DNA of 38,686 bases, from the NCBI GenBank assembly GCA_037445105.1, contig JBBILA010000001.1, forward strand, positions 1-38,686, written 5' to 3'. A model generated the notes under the pieces. It was not told the origin of the DNA and did no database searches. It saw only the letters and a program-made list of their open reading frames with translations. Both the position numbers and the translations under genes were made by a program. This DNA comes from Candidatus Microgenomates bacterium (GTDB lineage Bacteria > Patescibacteriota > Microgenomatia > UBA1406 > GWC2-37-13). Of the stretch, positions 27,932 to 37,161 are shown in pieces; positions within the stretch are counted from its first letter, which is position 1, and every line of letters starts with the position of its first letter.

Positions 27932-28569
27932 GCTAAAACAATCTTTAATATCTCTTGGGGGTTTTTTACCAAATAATCAATTTTTTTTTCTGTTAATCCT
28001 CTTTTTCCGGCTATCCCCCATAATACCCCAATCATCTTCAAACCAATTTTTTTACAAGCAATAAAATCACGAATCTCATCGGCGATATATAAAGTCTCTT
28101 CTTTTTTTAATTTCTCTTTTTTTAAAATTTTTAGCAAATCTTTATCTTTTCCCAAAAGATTACTTCCGGTGTAAATTTTTTTAAAATATTTTTTAAGATC
28201 GTTAATTTCTAAAAATTTTTCAATATTTTTCTTAATATTTGAAGAATAAATATAGCAAGAAATATTTTTTTTATTTAGGTTTTTAAGAAGAGTTTTTATT
28301 CCGGGAAAGACTCTGATTTTATCTAAATGAAAATATAATTCTTTTTGGGCTTTTTTTATCTCCCAGATAATTAAAGGTATTTTTAGCCATGATATTTTAA
28401 ATTCTTTTATTATTTCTTGATAATCCATTATCTTTATTTTTTCAATAACTTCTTTTTCATTCTTTTTAAAAATATTAAGTTTTTTATTGATCTCTAAAAT
28501 TTTTTTAAAAGTAAAAGGTAAAGTATTAGCAATTGTTCCGTCAAAATCAAAAATTAAAGTTTTTATCAT
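27904..28569 (-). CDS. HAD-IA hydrolase (phosphoglycolate phosphatase-like)
   Basis: IFDFDGTIANT, SSN, GK, YIADEIRD, VLWG. Confidence 0.88.
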   Translation of the reverse strand: MIKTLIFDFDGTIANTLPFTFKKILEINKKLNIFKKNEKEVIEKIKIMDYQEIIKEFKISWLKIPLIIWEIKKAQKELYFHLDKIRVFPGIKTLLKNLNKKNISCYIYSSNIKKNIEKFLEINDLKKYFKKIYTGSNLLGKDKDLLKILKKEKLKKEETLYIADEIRDFIACKKIGLKMIGVLWGIAGKRGLTEKKIDYLVKNPQEILKIVLAYKEFKSNC

Positions 28570-28595
28570 AAAGATAAATTATATAATAAGTTAAT

Positions 28596-29165
28596 ATGAC
28601 AAATATTTTAAAAATTGATTTTTTTCTTACTTTTTTTTTAAGAGATATTTTTCCTCACAACCTTTTTTTTCAACAATTTTTTTCTTTTTTTTCTTTAATA
28701 GGTTATTCTTTTTTTATCTGGTTAATAATCCTCATTCTTGTCATTTTTCTTGAAGAAAAAAAACATCCAGGCATCAGCAAAAAAGATAAACAATTTATTT
28801 TTTCATTTATTCTTGGATTTTTTTTAACTATCTTAATTGTTGAGTTTCCATTAAAAAATTTTTTTCATCGTCTTCGACCTTATGTCTCTGATTTTAAACA
28901 ATTTAAGATGATTTTTAATGATTATACCTGTTCTGGTTTTTCTTTTCCTTCAGGTCATGCGGCAACGGCTTTTGCCTCAGCAACAATCTTGGCTTTTTTT
29001 GATAAGAAAAGAAAATGGTTTTATTATTTTGTAGCCACTCTTATTGCCTATTCACGAATCTTTCTTTTGTGTCATTATTTTTTTGATGTTCTTATTGGAG
29101 GAATATTAGGATATACTCTTGGAAAAACTATCTTAAAATTCACTTCTCCACCCCATAAAACTTAA
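28596..29165 (+). CDS. PAP2 family membrane phosphatase (undecaprenyl-diphosphatase-like)
   Basis: K..FHRLRP, FSFPSGHA, SRIFLLCHYFFDV. Confidence 0.92.
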   Translation: MTNILKIDFFLTFFLRDIFPHNLFFQQFFSFFSLIGYSFFIWLIILILVIFLEEKKHPGISKKDKQFIFSFILGFFLTILIVEFPLKNFFHRLRPYVSDFKQFKMIFNDYTCSGFSFPSGHAATAFASATILAFFDKKRKWFYYFVATLIAYSRIFLLCHYFFDVLIGGILGYTLGKTILKFTSPPHKT

Positions 29166-31764
29166 CTCTATCACCTCTAAACATCAAGTCAATCTCCCCT
29201 ACTGGTCCATTGCGGTGTTTGGCAATTGAAAGTTTTACCAATCTTTTATTTTGATCCAAAATATCCTCTGATTCCTCTTCCTGATACAAAAACATCACCA
29301 CATCCGCATCTTGTTCAATACTATTATGAACAATGATATCATTAGCGATAAAATTATGGGTTCCTTCAACTGTAGCATCAAAAACCTCCTCAACACCTAA
29401 AGGTTTTATCTCAACAACCCGATCCCAAAAAACCTCTGATTTTGCCAAAAGCTCCAATTCTTTATCCTTTAAAACTTTGGCAATTTTCTCCATTCTTTTT
29501 CTGCTAACTCCGTTTTTAAAAATATTGCTTCCCGAATAAGAGACTCCAAGACTTTTGGCAAAATCCCGCCATGACAAATTAAGACGATTTTTTGAGGCCT
29601 CAATAAAATCTCGCCAAACCTCTTTTGGTATAACATCATTATTTGGATTTTCTTTAATCTTTTCTAAAGCCTTGATAAACTGAGAAATTTTTTTACCTCT
29701 TTTTCCAAAACAACCAATTTTATTTAAAAAATTTAATAAATCTTGTTTTCCTTGAATATGAAGTTGCCAATTTGGTCGATAGCCTTTTTTAACAGTCTTT
29801 CTTATTGTTGATAAAATCCCAAGTCTTAATAATAAGTGCTGAATCTGAACAATTAAATTTTTACTAGTTGAAGAATAATAAACTGCAATTGAAGATTGAC
29901 GATTTTTCTTTTTCTTCCAAGAGATATTACCATCAGTCGCCCATAAATGTCTTAAGAATAAAACTAATTTTTCATTTGATGATTGAAAAACAGTTATTGG
30001 CAATTCTTTTTCATATGAGCGGACCGGTTTTATCCCTAATTCCTGATACCAATTAATTATCGGATGATGTTTTCCCCGAGTCAAACGATATGGTGATGGC
30101 AAATAAAGATGATACCAGTTTTTTTGTTTAATAATTTTTCCTTCGATATTAAAAAGTTCTTTGGCGGTTTTTTTTACAATCTTGATATTTTCTAAATCAG
30201 CACTTGTATAATGAATCGGTTGTTTTGGCAAAACACAACCATCACCAATTAAATGAGCTAAAAGAATCAATTCGTTATCAGAAAGTGAGTTTGGTCGATA
30301 ATAATGGTTATAAATTCGAGGAAGAGCTACTCGATCATCAATTTTTAACTGATCAAGTCTTACCCAGCCTTTAAGAGTCCTAAATTTATGATTGGCTGAA
30401 GCTTTAATTACTCGGCCGCTTTGAGTTTTTAATTGAAAGACTTGTTTTTTTCCGCTAGAAAAAGCTTTAATCATTTTTTTAATAACTAATTTCCAGTCTG
30501 AATCTAATGAATAAACAGGAATAGGTTGAAAATTTTCCATTTTTGCCAATTGGCCAATTTTTACTAACTCGCCTGTATCAGCTCTCATAATTAAAGAGTC
30601 ATAGGCTAAACATCCCGATTCACGAAGATCAGAAAGCTGAGGTTTTTTTGATCCTCGCTGTTCAACTGCTCTTGAAAGCTGAGATATCGCCAAAACCGGC
30701 ACTCTTAATTCCCTGGCTAAATTTTTCAATCCCTGAGAAACAGCAGAGACCTCATTAACTCTTGATTCAAAATATCTGCCGGCATTAGCAAGCTGCAAAT
30801 AATCAACAATTATTAATCTAATATTTTTTTCCAGTTTTAATTTTCTTGCTTTTGTTCTCATCTCAAGAATTGATGCTCCCGGAGTATCATCGATAAATAT
30901 TGGGGCTTCAGAAAGCTCTCCCATCGCTTCAGTTAATCTTTTATAATCATCATCAGAAAGTCTTCCTGTTTTAAGTCGCCAAGCATCAATATCTGCCTGA
31001 CCAACCAAAAGCCTATCAACAAGCTCTTCTTTACTCATCTCCAAAGAAAAAAACCCCACCGGCATTTTTTCTTTTATTGCTACGTTTAAAGCGATATTTA
31101 AAGCAAAAGTGGTTTTACCAATCCCTGGTCTGGCTGCCAAAATCAGAAGATTTGACTCTTGCATACCGGCTAATTTATTATCTAAATCAGCAAATCCTGT
31201 TGGCACGCCTCGAAGATGAGATCCTTTTTTCATAAATTCCTCCAATCGTTCAAAACTTTCCGCTAAAATATCTTTTAGTTCAATAAAATCTCGATGAAGA
31301 TGCTGTTGGGATAAAGAAAAAATCTCTACTTCAGCCTCATCTAAAAGTTTTTTGACATCAGCTTTTTCATCAAAAGACTTTTCCACCAACCTTGATGACA
31401 GATCAATCAGTTTTCTCTTAACAAAATGGTTTTTGACAATTAAAGCATAAGTTTCAACATAAGCTGAAGTAGGTACAGAATTTATCAAATCAGCAAGATA
31501 TGATTTTCCACCAATTTTTTTTAAAGAATCAGTTTTTTTAAGTTCGTCTTGAATGGTGATAATATCAATCGGCTGTTGTTTTTCAAAAAGAGAAACCATC
31601 GCTTCATAAATAAGCTGGTGTTCTCTTTTGTAAAAATGCTCTGGTTTTAAAAACTCAATAACAAGATTGATCGCTTCCGAATCAATAAGCAATCCGCCTA
31701 AAACTGATTTTTCTGCATCCAGATCATGAGGAGGGATTTTAAGGGCATCTGAAGTTATTGCCAT
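29140..31764 (-). CDS. dnaB: Replicative DNA helicase DnaB with intein
   Basis: PPHDLDAEKSVLG, Walker A AARPGIGKT, FSLEMS, IVDYLQL, SQLSR, SDLRESG|intein|SIEQDAD. Confidence 0.97.
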   Translation of the reverse strand: MAITSDALKIPPHDLDAEKSVLGGLLIDSEAINLVIEFLKPEHFYKREHQLIYEAMVSLFEKQQPIDIITIQDELKKTDSLKKIGGKSYLADLINSVPTSAYVETYALIVKNHFVKRKLIDLSSRLVEKSFDEKADVKKLLDEAEVEIFSLSQQHLHRDFIELKDILAESFERLEEFMKKGSHLRGVPTGFADLDNKLAGMQESNLLILAARPGIGKTTFALNIALNVAIKEKMPVGFFSLEMSKEELVDRLLVGQADIDAWRLKTGRLSDDDYKRLTEAMGELSEAPIFIDDTPGASILEMRTKARKLKLEKNIRLIIVDYLQLANAGRYFESRVNEVSAVSQGLKNLARELRVPVLAISQLSRAVEQRGSKKPQLSDLRESGCLAYDSLIMRADTGELVKIGQLAKMENFQPIPVYSLDSDWKLVIKKMIKAFSSGKKQVFQLKTQSGRVIKASANHKFRTLKGWVRLDQLKIDDRVALPRIYNHYYRPNSLSDNELILLAHLIGDGCVLPKQPIHYTSADLENIKIVKKTAKELFNIEGKIIKQKNWYHLYLPSPYRLTRGKHHPIINWYQELGIKPVRSYEKELPITVFQSSNEKLVLFLRHLWATDGNISWKKKKNRQSSIAVYYSSTSKNLIVQIQHLLLRLGILSTIRKTVKKGYRPNWQLHIQGKQDLLNFLNKIGCFGKRGKKISQFIKALEKIKENPNNDVIPKEVWRDFIEASKNRLNLSWRDFAKSLGVSYSGSNIFKNGVSRKRMEKIAKVLKDKELELLAKSEVFWDRVVEIKPLGVEEVFDATVEGTHNFIANDIIVHNSIEQDADVVMFLYQEEESEDILDQNKRLVKLSIAKHRNGPVGEIDLMFRGDRVKFYGVEK
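29323..30612 (-). mobile_element. 430-aa intein with LAGLIDADG homing endonuclease
   Basis: Starts CLAYDS after RESG, block B ASANHKF, LAHLIGDG and LRHLWATDG motifs, ends IIVHN followed by Ser. Confidence 0.95.
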
Positions 31765-31837
31765 TTAAAAATTTCTAAATTTATAATTAATTTCTTAATT
31801 GGATGGTTTTTAAAAATTAGGCCTATCAAGTTAATTT

Positions 31838-32500
31838 TTAAATTTCAAGCACTATAATTCTCATCTCTTCATCAACCCCTTCTTTTTTATAGATTAATTT
31901 TGGTAAAACCTCTGGTTTTTCAATTCCAAATTTTTTAGTAAATTCTTCCACTGGCTGTAATTTTCCAAAAATTTCTTGATTTAATCTTGAATGATTAAAG
32001 TGCATAGGAATAATAATTGAAGGTTCAATTTTTTTTACCAATTCTGCTGCTTGAGATGAATCTATAGTATAAAAACCACCTGTAGGAACAAGAATAATAT
32101 CAACCTCGCCAAGACTTTCCAAAAAATTATCATCAGGCAAAAAACCTAAATCACCACAATGAAGCACCGATATTCCTTCCGCCTCTATCTTAAAAAGAGT
32201 ATTTTCTCCTCTTTCCTCGCCTTTTTTATCATCATGATAACTCGGAAATCCAAAAATTCTTACTCCCATTTTTTCATACTCTCCGGGAATATCAATAATC
32301 AAAGGTGGCTGACCTGTCTCTGGCAATTGCACATTGTCAACCTTATTGTGATCTTCATGTTGATGAGATACAGTGATAATATCAGCTTGGACTTTCGGGT
32401 ATTTTATACCCACCATTTGAGAGTCATAAGGATCAGTGACGACTTTTGCAGTTTTTGTTTTAATCAAAAATGATGAATGGCATAAATATTTTATTTCCAT
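31838..32500 (-). CDS. MBL-fold metallo-hydrolase
   Basis: HSSF, TDPY, SHQHEDH, HCGDLG, IIPMHF; start probably MEIKY at 32500. Confidence 0.9.
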   Translation of the reverse strand: MEIKYLCHSSFLIKTKTAKVVTDPYDSQMVGIKYPKVQADIITVSHQHEDHNKVDNVQLPETGQPPLIIDIPGEYEKMGVRIFGFPSYHDDKKGEERGENTLFKIEAEGISVLHCGDLGFLPDDNFLESLGEVDIILVPTGGFYTIDSSQAAELVKKIEPSIIIPMHFNHSRLNQEIFGKLQPVEEFTKKFGIEKPEVLPKLIYKKEGVDEEMRIIVLEI

Positions 32501-32560
32501 AAGTTTACTCCAATCGGATGTAAAAAAGAATAACAAATAGTTAACCAATTTTCAATTGGA

Positions 32561-32950
32561 TTATTGACACAAATCTTTTTTTATCCTTTCTTTTTGATCT
32601 TGAGGAAGCTTTTCAATCTGATCAATAATTTTTTTAAAAGAATTATCATAGATAATCTCGGAAACTGAAGAGGCAACTTTTTCTTTTGTTTCATCTAAAA
32701 ACTTGGTTGTCTCTCCTAAAACCGACTGACCAATATCTTTTGCTTGATTAATCTTTGTTTCAACAAAAGAATCAATCTCTTTTTTTAAATTTTTACTCTC
32801 TCCTAAAATTTTATTGTTTTGTTTTTTTGGAGAAAAACTGACTTTGTTCAAAAATACTCTGTCGGCTAAAACCCCAGTTAAAATAAGAAAAAAAATAAAA
32901 AATATCTTTAAAGAAACTAATTTGTTCGATAGATCAATTGGTTTGATCAT
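32561..32950 (-). CDS. Hypothetical single-TM protein
   Basis: 129-aa ORF with N-terminal TM, co-oriented with the MBL and dnaB genes. Confidence 0.7.
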   Translation of the reverse strand: MIKPIDLSNKLVSLKIFFIFFLILTGVLADRVFLNKVSFSPKKQNNKILGESKNLKKEIDSFVETKINQAKDIGQSVLGETTKFLDETKEKVASSVSEIIYDNSFKKIIDQIEKLPQDQKERIKKDLCQ

Positions 32951-32971
32951 ATAAAAAATGATAACAGAAAA

Positions 32972-33063
32972 ATAAGTAGTTAGTAGTAAGTATTTAGTAT
33001 TAAGAATTAAGAATAATTAACCTAATTGACCTAATTGATCTAATTGACCTAATTAACCTAATT
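32972..33063. repeat. Stacked heptamer (GTATTAA/GTAGTAA) and 9-mer (TAATTGACC) arrays
   Basis: Reverse complements of the families at 16971-17026 and 16541-16599. Confidence 0.85.
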
Positions 33064-33125
33064 TCTAATTTTTATATCTTCAGCTTAAATAAAAAAAACA
33101 AAAAATTTATAACTTATAAACTAAA

Positions 33126-33274
33126 AAATAATAAATAAACTAATAAACAAATTTTTAATCAATTTTTAATAAATTAATTTTTAATATATTAAAAATTAAA
33201 ATATTAAAATATTTATTATTGATTAAAAATTTATTTATTTATTATTAAAAATTTGTTATTGGTTATTTATTATT
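33126..33274. repeat. AT-rich imperfect palindromic element (gene-less copy)
   Basis: AAATTTTTAATCAAT (33149-33163) pairs with ATTGATTAAAAATTT (33218-33232); ends TTATTGGTTATTTATTATT as in the 17505-17628 copy. Confidence 0.75.
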
Positions 33275-33367
33275 CAATATTTATCAATCTTTATTTTGAT
33301 TAATAATGATTATATAATTTATAAATAAAACCAATTTTTACGGTTTTATAAACTCTCTAAGTTCTAA

Positions 33368-33439
33368 GCCGATGTAGTTTAGTGGTAAAACAAACCCTTG
33401 GTAAGGGTTAGAGTGCGGGTTCGATTCCCGCCGTCGGCT
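33368..33439 (+). tRNA. tRNA-Thr(GGT)
   Basis: GCCGATG/CGTCGGC acceptor, AACCC-TTGGTAA-GGGTT anticodon arm, GCGGG-TTCGATT-CCCGC T arm. Confidence 0.96.
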
Positions 33440-33511
33440 CATATAAATCCGGTAAGACACCCGAAGATAAAGATTAGATAGTGAGGTAAAATTCCCATTA
33501 AAACCTCAAAA

Positions 33512-34300
33512 ATGATAAAACCAATTATTTTTATCAAATATGGTGGTTCAGTAATCACCAACAAAGAAAAAGAAGAAGAGGTTATTGAAAAAAATATTGA
33601 TTTTATCTCCTCTCAAATCAAAGAAGTTTATAATCTTAAAAAATACTCTTTTATTATTGGCAATGGTGCCGGAAGTTTTGGCCATATTCAGGTTAAAAAA
33701 TATCATTTAAAAGATGATATCACAAGCGATTTTCAAAAACTTGGCTTTTCAAAAGTCTCTTTTCTTGTCTCAAAACTTAACTTTAAAGTTGTTTCATCTT
33801 TAATAAACTATAATCTCCCAGCAATATCAATAAAGCCATCATCAATCTATCTAAGTAAAAACAATAAAAAAAACAAATTCTTTATTGACTCAATTTTAGA
33901 ATTTCTAAACTCGGATTATCTTCCGGTTTTATACGGCGATATGGTTTTGGATAAAGAAAAAGGCGGTGTTGTTTTATCAACAGATAAAATATTTTTTGAA
34001 TTAGTAAAAATTTTTTATAAAAAAAATCTTAAAATTGAGAAAATAATATTTTGTGGAAAAACTTTAGGAGTCATTGATAAAAAAGGAAAAACAATTCCTT
34101 TAATAACTAAAAAAAATTACCCAAAAATAAAGTCAGTTTTTTTTGAAAACAGTTATGTTGATGTCACCGGTGGAATGAAAACCAAAGTTGAAACAGCTTT
34201 AAAAATCGCTAAATTTGGTATATCAAGCTATATTTTGGACAAAAACAATCTCAAAAACTGTCTGGTAAATAAAAATTTTCTGGGAACAAAAATCTTATGA
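33512..34300 (+). CDS. Isopentenyl phosphate kinase (amino-acid kinase family)
   Basis: IKYGGSVITNK, GAGSFGH (IPK His), PVLYGD, LSTD, DVTGGMKTK; overlaps uppS. Confidence 0.85.
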   Translation: MIKPIIFIKYGGSVITNKEKEEEVIEKNIDFISSQIKEVYNLKKYSFIIGNGAGSFGHIQVKKYHLKDDITSDFQKLGFSKVSFLVSKLNFKVVSSLINYNLPAISIKPSSIYLSKNNKKNKFFIDSILEFLNSDYLPVLYGDMVLDKEKGGVVLSTDKIFFELVKIFYKKNLKIEKIIFCGKTLGVIDKKGKTIPLITKKNYPKIKSVFFENSYVDVTGGMKTKVETALKIAKFGISSYILDKNNLKNCLVNKNFLGTKIL

Positions 34301-34992
34301 AAAAAACTAGCCAACATCTTTATCATCTCGCGATTATCCCTGACGGTAATAGACGTTGGGCTAAAAAAAATCATCTACCAATTTTTTTAGGCCATAAAAA
34401 AGGCCTTGATGTTTTAATTAAAATATCAAAAAAGGCTTTTAAAATGGGAGTGAAGATCCTCACTGTCTGGGGTTTTTCTACAGAAAATTGGCAACGAGAC
34501 AAAAAAGAGATTGACGATCTAATGAAACTATTCTTTCAAATGGCAAAAAAATTTTTACAACAAGCTTTAAAAAATAAAATAAGGATAATCCATCTCGGAA
34601 GAAAAGACCGGTTAGATAAAAAATTAATCAATCTTATAAAAGAGATCGAAGAAAAAACAAAAAAATTTAATGATTATTATCTTTGTGTAGCTTTAGATTA
34701 TGGAGGAAGAGATGAGATTTTAAGAGCGATAAAAAAGATTATTAGCTCAAAAGAAAAAAATATTGATGAAAAAAACTTTTTCCAATTTCTTGATACCAAA
34801 GATCTTCCCTATCCTTCTCCTGATTTAATTATAAGAACAAGCGGTGAAAAAAGACTTTCAGGATTTTTAAGTTGGCAAAGCGCTTATTCAGAACTTATCT
34901 TTGTCAAAAAATACTTTCCTGACTTTACGGAAAAAGATCTTGAAAGATGTTTTCTTGACTACTATAGAAGAAAAAGAAGATATGGAAAATAA
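34297..34992 (+). CDS. uppS: Undecaprenyl diphosphate synthase (cis-prenyltransferase)
   Basis: HLAIIPDGNRRWA, FSTENWQR, YGGRDEI, PDLIIRTSGEKRLSGFL.WQ.AYSE, RRYGK. Confidence 0.95.
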   Translation: MKKTSQHLYHLAIIPDGNRRWAKKNHLPIFLGHKKGLDVLIKISKKAFKMGVKILTVWGFSTENWQRDKKEIDDLMKLFFQMAKKFLQQALKNKIRIIHLGRKDRLDKKLINLIKEIEEKTKKFNDYYLCVALDYGGRDEILRAIKKIISSKEKNIDEKNFFQFLDTKDLPYPSPDLIIRTSGEKRLSGFLSWQSAYSELIFVKKYFPDFTEKDLERCFLDYYRRKRRYGK

Positions 34993-34998
34993 TCCTAT

Positions 34999-35058
34999 AA
35001 AAAAACGCACCGAGCCTTCGGACAATTTCCTCCGACCCGGTGGCGCATAAGTTTTTTT
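34999..35058. terminator. GC-rich hairpin with T-runs on both strands
   Basis: CACCG/CGGTG and TCGGA/TCCGA stems at 35006-35045; T7 follows on the minus strand. Confidence 0.6.
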
Positions 35059-35281
35059 ATCAAGAACTTTAGTCCACTTAATCTTTTATTTTCCTGCTTA
35101 TCCAGACCATAAACCTTTGAAAAAGTTTGCTTCTTGAAAATGCTTTTTCATAAGGTTTTTATTAATCCCGATTTATTATCGGGAAAAACTTTTAATCGGA
35201 TCCTTCTTTGCTTTCTTTAATTTTTAACCTTATAATTTTAGACTACAGGATATTTTTTATTTTGTCAAGAGGTATTTCACT

Positions 35282-35301
35282 ATTTCACCTCGGGGGTGAA
35301 A
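35282..35301 (+). repeat. REP-like palindrome, left
   Basis: TTTCACC-TCGGG-GGTGAAA; 35282-35298 is the exact reverse complement of 36167-36183. Confidence 0.85.
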
Positions 35302-35448
35302 AAGATTGATATATAAATCCAAAATATTATTTTTACTACTAATTCTTTATGATAAAACAATAAAAAATCAAGCTATATCAATCTAAAACATCAAAAATGT
35401 TGTCTATAGACTATTGAAAAAAATGAGATATCTTTTAAAAATCTTAAT

Positions 35449-36129
35449 ATGCCATATAGAAAAGAAAAATTTGTTAATGGATACTATTATCATATTTTTA
35501 ATAAAACTATAGACAGGCTTCCGGCATTTATCAATAGTTCTTTTTATAAATTATTTCTTAATCTTATAAAATACTATCGTTCTGAAAATGCTAAAATTCG
35601 TTATTCTTTCTTTATTAATTTAGAAAAAGAAGAAAAAAAACAAATAGAAGAAAAAATAAATGATAAAAAATCATTTTTAGTCGAGATCGTTTGTTTTTGT
35701 CTTTTAGAAAATCATTATCATTTTTTATTAAAACAAAAGAAAGATAATGGAATTGTAAAATTTATTAGTAATTTAACTAATGCTTTTACAAAAAGTTATA
35801 ATATTATCAATAAAAGAATAGGACCTCTTTTTTTGCCGAGATTTCATTCTGTCTTAATAAAAAACAGAGAGCAATTTATTCATCTTTCAAGATATATCCA
35901 TCTTAATCCTTACTCTCATGGCTTTATAAAAAATATTAATCAGTTAAAATATTATCCCTATTCTTCTTTTGGGCTCTTTTTTAAGAAAGATTTTAATTCT
36001 TTAATTAACAAAAAAATAATTCTTAGTGAATTTAATAATAGTCAAAAAAGATATCAAGAGTTTGTTTTAAATCATGCTGAATATCAAAAAGATCTTCAAA
36101 AAATCAAAAAGTTAATCTTAGAAAAGTAG
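35449..36129 (+). mobile_element. REP-associated tyrosine transposase (RAYT / Y1 HUH family)
   Basis: YYHIFNK, FCLLENHYHFLL (HUH), GPLF..RF, SRYIHLNP (catalytic Tyr), YPYSS; flanked by inverted REP-like copies. Confidence 0.9.
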
Positions 36130-36155
36130 TTGTTTTAAGATTTTAGAGCCTCAAA

Positions 36156-36701
36156 TCAACCCTTTGCACCCCCGAGGTGAAATGCGTAATAACTGACAAT
36201 TGAAGCGGCAACGATAACATTCAAAGATTTATTAATTCCATACATCGGTATCTCAACTATCTGATCGGCCATCTTTAAAGTCTCCTCTTTTACTCCAAAA
36301 GATTCATTGCCAAAAATTAAAGCTAAAGGAAATTGATAGTTTGCTTTTGTATAATCAATCGCTTTTGGATGTTGTTCAACAGCGATAATTTGGAACTTTT
36401 CTTCTGTTTTACGTAAAATCTCAATCGCCTCCTTTGTCGTTTTACAATATTCCCAAGGAACAATCTTGTAAGTCCCAATTGAGGCTTTTTTTATCCGACT
36501 ATTTGGCGGTGTCTCAGTCTGACCAACCAAATACATTTTCTCAACTGCCAAAGCATCAGCTAAACGAAATAATCCCCCGATGTTGTAAGTATCATAAATA
36601 TCCTCCAATATAAAATAGATTGGATTTCTTTTCACTTTTTTTATCACTCCCCGAGCCCGCTGTTCTTCAAGCTCCCGTAGTTGTTTAGCGTCTAATTTCA
36701 T
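36156..36701 (-). CDS. TrmH/SpoU family RNA methyltransferase
   Basis: LEDIYDTYNIGGLFRLADA, IFGNESFGV, EIPMYG..KSLNV. Confidence 0.92.
   Translation of the reverse strand: MKLDAKQLRELEEQRARGVIKKVKRNPIYFILEDIYDTYNIGGLFRLADALAVEKMYLVGQTETPPNSRIKKASIGTYKIVPWEYCKTTKEAIEILRKTEEKFQIIAVEQHPKAIDYTKANYQFPLALIFGNESFGVKEETLKMADQIVEIPMYGINKSLNVIVAASIVSYYAFHLGGAKG
36167..36183 (-). repeat. REP-like palindrome, right (within the trmH 3' end)
   Basis: CACCCCCGAGGTGAAAT. Confidence 0.85.
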
Positions 36702-36703
36702 AG

Positions 36704-36731
36704 TGTAACGTATAACGTATAACGTGGAACG
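36704..36731. repeat. TATAACG heptamer array, downstream flank of four-helix-bundle gene
   Basis: tgtaacg tataacg tataacg tggaacg; fills almost the whole 32-bp spacer. Confidence 0.9.
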
Positions 36732-36733
36732 TT

Positions 36734-37096
36734 TTATTTTTTTTCCTTTTTTGTTTTAATTTTTAAATATCCGTATAATAAACCAGCCAAGCGATTAATT
36801 TTCTTAATTATTTCTTCAAAAAAAATCTTTTCTATTAATTGAAAATCTTTAGCAAAATAAAGCAAATATTTAGTTTCTTTTAAAGACGAAAAAGCAAAGT
36901 TTAGAAATTGCCTTTTTTCTTTATCTGAAATTCTCGCCCCTCCTTCTACTATATTTAAAACAATTGATAATGATGCTCTCCTTATCTGGTCGCCTAAAGA
37001 ACTTTGAAAATTATGAGGAAAAGTTAAAGATTTTTTATAAATTACTCGACAAATATCATCACTCAGTTCAAAAAAAAGATTTTTTTTATCTTCCAT
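36734..37096 (-). CDS. Four helix bundle protein (23S rRNA IVP / TIGR02436-like)
   Basis: FP....LGDQIRRASLSIVLNIVEG..R...E..QFL..A..SL.ETKY; 120 aa. Confidence 0.92.
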   Translation of the reverse strand: MEDKKNLFFELSDDICRVIYKKSLTFPHNFQSSLGDQIRRASLSIVLNIVEGGARISDKEKRQFLNFAFSSLKETKYLLYFAKDFQLIEKIFFEEIIKKINRLAGLLYGYLKIKTKKEKK

Positions 37097-37161
37097 ATGA
37101 TTATTTAGAATTATAATCCTTTTTATTAATTTTTAAAACAATTTGCACGCCAAACATTTCT

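Noticed and set aside
29333-30056. Two short plus-strand ORFs within the intein
   Set aside because: Antisense shadows with no recognisable motifs.
32159-32473. 104-aa plus-strand ORF
   Set aside because: Antisense to the MBL hydrolase.
35006-35045. RNase P or SRP RNA fragment (GGAGGAAATTGTCC on the minus strand)
   Set aside because: Does not match GAGGAAAGTCC or the SRP domain IV motif, and the flanks are too AT-rich for those folds.
35449-36129. IS200/IS605 element with tnpB
   Set aside because: No tnpB; the length, motifs and inverted flanking palindromes fit a RAYT better.
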